In this document: piece by piece, positions 9,886 to 16,280 of the stretch | Numbering within the stretch: position 1 is the first letter of the stretch | How the letters are laid out: each line of letters opens with the position of its first letter | DNA from: a virus | Taxonomy: Duplodnaviria; Caudoviricetes | Virus record (IMG/VR): IMGVR_UViG_3300011577_000001 | Length of the DNA stretch: 64,000 nucleotides | Direction: 5' to 3' (one strand) | Position numbers and translations under genes: made by a program | Notes under the pieces: generated by a model | Databases searched by the model: none | What the model saw: only the letters and a program-made list of their open reading frames with translations | Told to the model about the DNA's origin: nothing

Positions 9886-9984
9886 GGGGTCCCCTGATGG
9901 ATTCGAACCACCGACCGTCGCATCCATTCTGTCCCAGGTTTGGACCAAGATGCACAACTCTAACCGACTGAGTTTAAGGAGACC
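9886..9984 (-). ncRNA. tRNA-like RNA with a 24-nt hairpin-containing insert in place of the anticodon loop
   Basis: Acceptor GGTCTCCT/AGGGGACC; D arm AACTC-AGTCGGTTA-GAGTT; stem GCATC/GATGC; T arm GGTGG-TTCGAAT-CCATC; no encoded CCA. Confidence 0.65.
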
Positions 9985-10061
9985 ATCAACTGAATTCCCT
10001 GGGGAACCTTAATCGACTTGGAAGCCATTCAAAGTTTGATGGGAGACTCCCCAAGGGAAAG

Positions 10062-10149
10062 TGGCGGAAGGACAGGGACTCGAACCCTGGGACCTGTTAC
10101 AGTCGGCGGTTTTCAAGACCGCTGCAATACGCCGCTATGCGACCCTTCC
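10062..10149 (-). tRNA. tRNA-Ser(TGA)
   Basis: GCGGT-CT-TGA-AA-ACCGC, long variable arm, G73-CCA. Confidence 0.92.
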
Positions 10150-10174
10150 GAAAATCAAGCCAGGGCTATTCCCT

Positions 10175-10461
10175 GGAGTCACTCCCATGGCTAGGCACCA
10201 TGACCGATTAGAGCGAGGTCCTAAGCGAAACCGATCGGCACGGTTACTCGCTTACTCTTTCGAGTACGGATGTCTAGGCGTCTCGTTGTGTGAGCAACGA
10301 TCCACTCGCCCGCAGGACAGGGCCACCAGCAGGGCAGGCGCTTGGTGTTCCTTGGTCAGGCTTTCGCCCGAGACAGCAGTTTCAGCATTCCTTTCGGGAT
10401 ATGCTTAGTCTTCGCTTTACGACGAGGACTGTAGAACGGAAAACCAGGCATGGCTCTCTCC
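10175..10461 (-). ncRNA. Candidate ~290-nt multi-helix RNA between two tRNA-Ser genes
   Basis: Ends pair (GGAG/CTCC and CCATG-C-CTGG/CTAG-C-CATGG); three GAAA-capped hairpins on the minus strand. Confidence 0.55.
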
Positions 10462-10472
10462 TTCTTAGAAAG

Positions 10473-10560
10473 TGGCAGTAGGTGAGAGATTCGAACTCTC
10501 GTGGCTGTTACACCAACACGCTTTCCAGGCGTGCCTTTTCGACCGCTCAAGCAACCTACT
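10473..10560 (-). tRNA. tRNA-Ser(GGA)
   Basis: CACGC-CT-GGA-AA-GCGTG, long variable arm, G73-CCA. Confidence 0.9.
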
Positions 10561-10621
10561 GTGAAAGGTAAAGCAAAGTTCAATCAATACCCGGTGTGTG
10601 GTATCTTTTCGTTTACAGATC

Positions 10622-10709
10622 TGGTGGCCCAGCCAGGATTTCGGGTTGTACCTGGAATGCTACCTTGGAGGGTAGAGTTATACCTTTCGGCGTTTTTAAC
10701 TATTGGGCC
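10622..10709 (-). ncRNA. Non-canonical tRNA-like RNA (6-nt anticodon loop, enlarged D and T loops, CCA end)
   Basis: GGCCCAA/CTGGGCC-A-CCA; D stem GTTA/TAAC; CTACC-CTCCAA-GGTAG; CCAGG-(13 nt)-CCTGG. Confidence 0.6.
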
Positions 10710-10809
10710 TTTCTTACCACACCACTGATTGAATCCCGCGAGGGAACTTCCAAACAGATAGACAAGATTCCTTTGTAACGCGTATTGTATTCGCTCTCTT
10801 TCAAACGAG

Positions 10810-10889
10810 TGGCCAGGGGAGCCTTCGGACCCTACTCCCACGTGGAACCCCGGTTGGTGGGGCTGCTTTAGAGCTTTTAGCGACTGGCC
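10810..10889 (-). ncRNA. Divergent cloverleaf-like RNA candidate
   Basis: GGCCAG/CTGGCC-A; GCT/AGC arm; AGCCCC-ACCAACC-GGGGTT; GGGAGT/GCTCCC; canonical D- and T-loop residues absent. Confidence 0.35.
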
Positions 10890-11071
10890 TTTCTACGTTA
10901 CCGCTGTCTATCAAAATCACAAGCAGTAGATTTCACCGTACCGTCGGCTGTGATGTTACTTTCTACTTGCCTAGGCTTTCGCCTTGATTCCCTGCATCCA
11001 GACTCGCGTTACTGGATACTGCTTGTGATCTTTGTCAACCATCTTGTCGAGGACGACAACACAGTCGAACA

Positions 11072-11147
11072 TGGCACGCACCCAGGGAGTCGAACCCCGA
11101 ACCTACGGATTTGGAATCCGTTGCTCTGCCAATTGAGCTAGGCACGT
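11072..11147 (-). tRNA. tRNA-Trp(CCA)
   Basis: ACGGA-TT-CCA-AA-TCCGT, A1-U72, G73-CCA. Confidence 0.92.
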
Positions 11148-11154
11148 GTAAAAC

Positions 11155-11230
11155 TGGTAGCACCAAGTGGGCTCGAACCACCGACCTCACCCTTATCAGG
11201 GGTGCGCTCTACCAACTGAGCTATAGCGCT
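11155..11230 (-). tRNA. tRNA-Ile(GAT)
   Basis: CACCC-CT-GAT-AA-GGGTG, canonical cloverleaf, CCA. Confidence 0.95.
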
Positions 11231-11237
11231 ATGAAAC

Positions 11238-11609
11238 TTAACCGCGACGGTTATAGTTGACGCGCTGGACTTCCAGCTCGACATACAATTCCATCGGGTA
11301 TTGAGAAGGCAGTTCTACCGAGACACGCGCGATGGCAGTCTCAGGGTTGACGAATACCGCAAACGGAGCATTGGCGAAGGAGCCCAACACGCCTTGCATC
11401 TGGACACCACGCTCGGTTTCGCTCTTGATCGGGCTGGTGATGTTGCAGGCAATGTCCACACCGTCAACGGTGGTGACACGCACTGCTTTCACCGACTCGA
11501 TGGAGTCAGTACTGTCGAACTCTTCGGTCTGTGTAGCAATCAGACCAAACAGGTTGACTTGGCTAACCTTGAGCGGCAAACGAACGTGGTCAACAGGATA
11601 CTTGTACAT
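11238..11609 (-). CDS. Hypothetical protein; stand-alone paralog of the C-terminal domain of the upstream Tad2 fusion
   Basis: Shares VRxPL-x4-5-NLFxL...DxIxSVxxVxxxTxDG...N and EL(F/Y)xxLx(I/V)...NRR with the C-terminal half of 11619-12254. Confidence 0.75.
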   Translation of the reverse strand: MYKYPVDHVRLPLKVSQVNLFGLIATQTEEFDSTDSIESVKAVRVTTVDGVDIACNITSPIKSETERGVQMQGVLGSFANAPFAVFVNPETAIARVSVELPSQYPMELYVELEVQRVNYNRRG

Positions 11610-11618
11610 GACAGCCCC

Positions 11619-12254
11619 TTATTCAGAACGACGGTTGCGTTGGCCGTACTCGATGCGAAGAACCGCGAACAGCTCAACCGAATTCTCGGCAGCAGATGAA
11701 CGCGTTGGCATGCAACCCCATTTCTGGGTGTCAACTTGGATGTTGACGTGTTGCTTACCGTTGAGGCGATCCGCAAAGGTCTTCAAGCGAGTCTCAGTAC
11801 GGTGTCCCGGTACTTCGACGACGTTGCTCTTGACGACCAACCCATCAGCAGTCTCCAGGTGAACGACTTCCACCGAGAAGATAGCATCAGGACCCTCCAA
11901 CACGGCGCCGGTTTCACCAGCCAACGTGAAGAGGTTTTGTTCAACGCCGTTCAAAGGAACGCGCACGTCAACCTTGGCAACGTAATCCTCAGCATCAAGG
12001 ACTACCCAGTCGTCGGCAAGGATGTCGGACTGAGAAGCAACCCACGGGACAAAATCACCGTTGTGCGCTTTCAGACCCAGCCAAGGTCGCAGAGTCGGTG
12101 CAGGGTCCTTACGAACGTTGAGACCAACGGTGCGAGCACCCACGTCATAATGGCCAGAGCCAACCATGACGACCCACATGCCTTTACCGTTCCAGCCTTC
12201 GCGTGTGGCGCGAGAGCCATGCTTCAAAGCCGTAAGGGCTTGACCGAACTCCAT
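11619..12254 (-). CDS. tad2: DUF2829/Tad2-family anti-defence sponge domain fused to an unknown C-terminal domain
   Basis: MEFGQALTALKHGSRATREGWNGKGMW...WVASQSDILADDW is the DUF2829/Tad2 signature. Start at 12254 (RBS CAGGAG); the longer ORF call runs into tRNA-Ser. Confidence 0.8.
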   Translation of the reverse strand: MEFGQALTALKHGSRATREGWNGKGMWVVMVGSGHYDVGARTVGLNVRKDPAPTLRPWLGLKAHNGDFVPWVASQSDILADDWVVLDAEDYVAKVDVRVPLNGVEQNLFTLAGETGAVLEGPDAIFSVEVVHLETADGLVVKSNVVEVPGHRTETRLKTFADRLNGKQHVNIQVDTQKWGCMPTRSSAAENSVELFAVLRIEYGQRNRRSE

Positions 12255-12275
12255 GTGAAGCTCCTGTTGTGAATG

Positions 12276-12361
12276 TGGCGGTGGGCGAAGGATTCGAACC
12301 TTCGGGGCCGCAACCCTCTCCCTTAGCAAGGGAGTGCGATAGACCGCTCTGCCAGCCCACC
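12276..12361 (-). tRNA. tRNA-Ser(GCT)
   Basis: CTCCC-TT-GCT-AA-GGGAG, variable arm, G73-CCA. Confidence 0.92.
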
Positions 12362-12384
12362 CATTTGAAAAGATGAAACGAAAT

Positions 12385-12461
12385 TGGCTGGGATAGTTGG
12401 GCTCGAACCAACGACCTGGTGATTAACAGTCACCCGCTACTACCAACTGAGCTATATCCCA
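12385..12461 (-). tRNA. tRNA-Asn(GTT)
   Basis: GGTGA-CT-GTT-AA-TCACC, U1-A72, G73-CCA. Confidence 0.93.
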
Positions 12462-12964
12462 TTATAACGAATACCAAGAGCTACCCGACGAACCGTGTCT
12501 TTACCGATTTCAAACTCCCGAGCAATTGCTCGATAGCTCATGGTACCGACCAGTTCAAGGATAGCCTTGACTGACTCTTCATCAAGCGCAGCATGTGGGC
12601 TGTCAAACCCTTTCTTGCCTTCATACAAACCTAAGGCTTGCGCATGATCAATATTACCTTGATGCGTTACCCACTCCAAGTTATCCCACCGGTTATTTGT
12701 CTTATCCGTGTCCTTATGGTTCACGAAGGGAAGATTCAACGGGTTAGGGACAAAAGCCTTGGCCACTTGTACATGAGCCCTTAAACAGAACGACTTACCT
12801 TTCCTTCCTCCTATCTTGGAGGCGTGAGTAAGATAGCCATTATGGTTGGGCGTCAGTGCCAAATCTTGGAACGTGCGAATGCTAAACAGTGTCCCGAAAT
12901 TGCCGATCATGAAGAGATCAGGGTAGTCAGGACATTCCGTGAAGACTTCAAATTCATACGACAT
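12452..12964 (-). CDS. Free-standing HNH homing endonuclease with C-terminal HTH
   Basis: H...VAKAFVPNP...VNHKDTDKTNNRWDNLEWVTHQGNIDHA; HTH-like SYRAIAREFEIGKDTVRR; early promoter at ~12990-13012. Confidence 0.9.
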   Translation of the reverse strand: MSYEFEVFTECPDYPDLFMIGNFGTLFSIRTFQDLALTPNHNGYLTHASKIGGRKGKSFCLRAHVQVAKAFVPNPLNLPFVNHKDTDKTNNRWDNLEWVTHQGNIDHAQALGLYEGKKGFDSPHAALDEESVKAILELVGTMSYRAIAREFEIGKDTVRRVALGIRYNGI

Positions 12965-13036
12965 GTACTACTCCAGTAAGTGTTACTTCCTGTAAGTAAT
13001 ATACATCTGAACTATTTTAGTCTCCTAGGAAGGAGA

Positions 13037-13113
13037 TGGCGCCTCCGAGGGAACTTGAACCGTCGACCCCCGGCGTGACAGGCCGGTGCTCTAACCAACT
13101 GAGCTACGGAAGC
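13037..13113 (-). tRNA. tRNA-Asp(GTC), poorly paired T stem
   Basis: CCGGC-CT-GTC-AC-GCCGG, G73-CCA; T stem GACGG/TCCCT has mismatches. Confidence 0.8.
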
Positions 13114-13307
13114 GAAAACGTCCTGAGGAAAATGGACTCTGCAATCACCCAGACTGTGCCTGTAGGTGCATCGCGTGTAGGCTCAAGGTTCATGTAGACA
13201 ACCATGGGCCAAGAACAATCCTGAGCGTGTCGACCGACGTGTAGCACTCGGAAGCGCAACCCGCTAGGAGAGAGGTACTCTCGATCCTTCTCGACAAACT
13301 CTAACAT
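13104..13307 (-). CDS. DUF1653-like small protein
   Basis: Y...G..FRV...GRH....MVVY..L......VWV....F..TF pattern; RBS GAGGA. Confidence 0.65.
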   Translation of the reverse strand: MLEFVEKDREYLSPSGLRFRVLHVGRHAQDCSWPMVVYMNLEPTRDAPTGTVWVIAESIFLRTFSLP

Positions 13308-13328
13308 TGTTCATTCCTCTAATTCGGC

Positions 13329-13558
13329 TCCGGCTTGCTTCCCACCGCTTCGGTGGTTCACTGTACAACTCACCTGTAAACCAGACGACCCGCCGGAGAG
13401 GTCTTTAACTAACTACGTCAGCACACCTAAGGTTCCGAAGAAGGTAGGTACTTGATGTAGATCCACTGGAGTACTAGCTCTCGTCGACGTTGGCACTAAC
13501 GAGATTGGGTGATCCTCCCGGCGGGGACATCCGCCGAGTTAATGCACAGTGAGCCGGA
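13329..13558 (-). ncRNA. Candidate ~230-nt rod-like structured RNA
   Basis: Nested helices TCCGGCT/AGCCGGA, TCACTGTGC/GTACAGTGA, AACTC/GAGTT and CCCGCCGG(G)AGG/CCT(CT)CCGGCGGG, with two apical hairpins (one UUCG); strand inferred from context. Confidence 0.6.
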
Positions 13559-13869
13559 TTTTCGTAACGCACAAAGGCAAACGACACGGCATGGCAAAGG
13601 ATCGTAAGGGTGGTCTCCCCGTAGTTCTCCCACGAGGTTAAGGGACCGCTGCGGCGCTATGCTAGATGCTTTTGTCCGCTGCGACAATCCAAGACCGTTG
13701 TTTGACACGCCTCGCCTCATTGGGTTGGAATTCCCGAGACTTATTTTCCCTGACTGATGACGCTCTCAGCATCGACCGAGCGGGTTACTCCTTTCCAAGG
13801 GAGCACCTATCTAAGTCTTACAAGGTAAAACCACCGTATCGCCAGCAAGGGTCGTCGCGGTGTTAAAAG

Positions 13870-13956
13870 TGGTGGTCGAAGGATGGAATTGAACCTCTAG
13901 CACAAGGCGGCGCGTTTACAGCGCGCTGACAGTAGCCATCTGTCTCTACAACGACC
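13870..13956 (-). tRNA. tRNA-Tyr(GTA), atypical or degenerate
   Basis: GCGCG-CT-GTA-AA-CGCGC, A73-CCA; two U-U mismatches in the acceptor; irregular D and T arms. Confidence 0.65.
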
Positions 13957-13963
13957 GTGAAAC

Positions 13964-14094
13964 TGGTGCCCCGTTACTCTATTACGAGTGTCTGTTAGAC
14001 TGACCCCGTGAGAGGGGAGTTTGGGTTTGACCGGCTCTACATTCCCACCCCGAAGGGTTCACAATGCGATCTCCGATGACCTCAGACCAGGACA
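13964..14094 (-). ncRNA. CCA-ended RNA with acceptor-like stem, T-like hairpin and enclosed structured domain
   Basis: TGTCCTG/CGGGGCA-CCA; GTCTG/CAGAC; ACTC-GTAATA-GAGT; internal ACCC-TTCG-GGGT. Confidence 0.5.
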
Positions 14095-14107
14095 TGAAAC
14101 TAGAAGA

Positions 14108-14240
14108 TGGCCCCGCTACGTGGACTCGAACCACGGACCTCCCGCTGGCACGCGCATTCAAACGTCATCACTGCCGGAAGGGCTGCTAGCGACGTAACCG
14201 CATGTCTAACGAGTGCTCTAACCAACTGAGCTATAGCCGG
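14108..14240 (-). ncRNA. tRNA-like RNA with a 73-nt extended anticodon arm
   Basis: Canonical D arm TAGCTCAGTTGGTTAGAGC; AGGTC variable loop; T arm CGTGG-TTCGAGT-CCACG; G73-CCA; anticodon arm replaced by a long interrupted hairpin. Confidence 0.75.
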
Positions 14241-14558
14241 GATGTGAGAGAAGGCCGCTACCCCGATCTACGGGCCGTGATACTCTCGGGGACTCAGGCG
14301 AAAGGGAACCAAAAGCCTAAGAACTGCGGTATGCAAGCGCAGTCGTCTATTACCCCAGAGTCGGGTCGCAATATCATTCGATGGTGTGTGGGGTCCGTCA
14401 AGTCTCCACGTTCCCTCTCGGTGGCGAAACCAAGAGCGTGCTGGAACTTACCATTCAAACAAATCACGTCATTCTCTCATGATATCATTGAGCTATGTAT
14501 TTTTTTACTGCATTTGTAGGGACAAAAAAAAGAGGGCCCCGAAGAGCCCCGACTTTTA

Positions 14559-14957
14559 TTAAGGTATTTCAGGGAACCCAACGATCTTGAGGATCAGGTT
14601 CCGTTTGCGTCTGTACCAACCATCAGGCATCGCGGGTATTCCACGAGCTTCGGATTCTTTACGAATCTCTTCATCGGTCTTGAAGAGCAGGGGGACCGGG
14701 AAGTAGTGCCAGGCATTGGGTTGACCGTAACGCACCAAGGCGTGAGCAGCCTTGCGGCTCCACTCTTTCTCGGTGATACCTTTACGCAGTTCTTCTTTCA
14801 GTTGCTCTTGCAGTTCCTCAGGCGAGGACGGGTTGAGCAGACTGATGTAATGGGTGCTCTTCTTTTTGGATCGACGAGCAGCGTAGATAACGCCACCGAG
14901 TTCGTGGTGAACTTGGTTACCGTTACTGTAAGTGTGGGTGTAATATTCGCGAGTCAT
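14559..14957 (-). CDS. Hypothetical early protein
   Basis: Early promoter CATATTAC at 15017-15024 and downstream hairpin terminator at ~14524-14558. Confidence 0.7.
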   Translation of the reverse strand: MTREYYTHTYSNGNQVHHELGGVIYAARRSKKKSTHYISLLNPSSPEELQEQLKEELRKGITEKEWSRKAAHALVRYGQPNAWHYFPVPLLFKTDEEIRKESEARGIPAMPDGWYRRKRNLILKIVGFPEIP

Positions 14958-15091
14958 GATGAAGGTTACCTTCGAAGGCTATTAGGTTAGAGGTTTATCA
15001 CCAACTATTCACTCGGGTAATATGTATCTGAAAGTAGTTTGAATCGACCCGAATAGAATGAGTGGGTTTTCTTTATATGGGGAGTTCTTAA

Positions 15092-15709
15092 ATGAACCGG
15101 TTACAACAATTGGTGGAGGAAGGAGAACTTTCCTATACCTACAGTCCTGAGGGCATAGACCTTCTGGATGCAGCAGGGGTTGAAGTACCCACCAAGGAGA
15201 TCTTTGTTCTTCTGACTGATACCAAGACTCTCGTGAGTAAGGTCAGTCGGATGGTGACGGGTGATCCTTATAACCACGTTTCCTTAATGCTGTCCGATAA
15301 CTTCGACGACGGGATCTACACGTTCAGTCTGGGCAACGGGATCAATGGCATAAAAGGCGGGTTCATGGTGGAAGACCGTGCCAACCTTAAAGGCTCACGG
15401 TACTCCATGTATCGCATGGCTGTCACACAGGCGGTATACGACAAGATCAAAGCGCGGGTGACAGACTACATCAATGGGGTGGAGAAAACCTCCTACAACC
15501 ACCTAGGGTTGTTTAACGCGATCTTCAAGAAGAACATCTTCAAGTCAGAAGACGATCAGACATCCATCTGTTCGGAGTTCGTAGTCGAAGTCTTGAAGTT
15601 CTCCGGCGTAGAACTCTTTGCCAAAAGATTCTCCAGCTCTGTAAGGCCTTACGAGTTGATCAAGTCCAAGCTACTCAAGTTCCACAAACGCGGCGTCATA
15701 AAACCCTGA
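15092..15709 (+). CDS. Permuted papain-like (NlpC/P60, YaeF/YiiX-type) hydrolase
   Basis: His motif YNHVSL precedes Cys motif ICSEFV (permuted order); YN..G motif. Confidence 0.75.
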   Translation: MNRLQQLVEEGELSYTYSPEGIDLLDAAGVEVPTKEIFVLLTDTKTLVSKVSRMVTGDPYNHVSLMLSDNFDDGIYTFSLGNGINGIKGGFMVEDRANLKGSRYSMYRMAVTQAVYDKIKARVTDYINGVEKTSYNHLGLFNAIFKKNIFKSEDDQTSICSEFVVEVLKFSGVELFAKRFSSSVRPYELIKSKLLKFHKRGVIKP

Positions 15710-15979
15710 CTTTCCGACCTCACTTCGGTGGGGTCGGTTTATGACGGCATAAAAGCTAGGCTCGAGGTTCCCTTAGGTCTGGCGCTACCAGATCCTGAAG
15801 AGTCCCTGCGGCTTCGCTTTTATGTTTCTTACTTTCAGATAACGACGTAAGTTCGACGAGTCTGGATTCAAGTCCGCATTGGTAGCAAGCCCAACGTCAG
15901 TCGACTAACCCAAATCTGCCTCCCCGTATCGCCCCGGTATCACACAGACACCAATTCCTGAAACGGCTTTATTTGCTCG

Positions 15980-16225
15980 TCACTTCCAGCCCCACGATAG
16001 TTTAATAGACCAGAAGCGCCCACCGGTACCGACAACCGGCGCTACTCCCATGTCTACATGCCTTCGCAGTAGAAAGCGCAAGGGTCCTGATTGTTGTTTG
16101 CCGGAACTCCCCTCTGTACCCGGCCACAAACTGATGACGAGCTGTCGCATCAGTCCATGAAGTACGAATACTCGTACCAGGCTAAGAATCCCCAACCAGA
16201 ACCACATCTTCAACACATTCGTCAC
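15980..16225 (-). CDS. Small putative membrane protein
   Basis: Hydrophobic N-terminal segment; weak start signals. Confidence 0.3.
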   Translation of the reverse strand: MTNVLKMWFWLGILSLVRVFVLHGLMRQLVISLWPGTEGSSGKQQSGPLRFLLRRHVDMGVAPVVGTGGRFWSIKLSWGWK

Positions 16226-16280
16226 GGTGTTGCGCGTTGACCGTCGGATTCCCGATTCATCTAATTAGACTTTTGGTCTC

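Noticed and set aside
9329-11141. Short ORFs called within the tRNA region
   Set aside because: They overlap tRNAs or paired RNA blocks and lack RBS or protein-like features.
11619-12329. 236-aa version of the Tad2 ORF
   Set aside because: The extension overlaps tRNA-Ser(GCT); the RBS and domain start support ATG 12254.
13754-13790. CTGATGA followed by a hairpin, resembling a hammerhead ribozyme core
   Set aside because: The required GAAA after stem II is absent (GGTT instead).
9065-14460. tmRNA, RNase P RNA or group I/II intron as the identity of the structured blocks
   Set aside because: I could not find their signature sequences by eye; a covariance search is still needed to exclude divergent members.
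15750-15975. Possible ncRNA or small ORF between the hydrolase gene and the phuZ operon
   Set aside because: Some hairpins are present, but they are explainable as terminators or UTR; no convincing ORF or closed fold.
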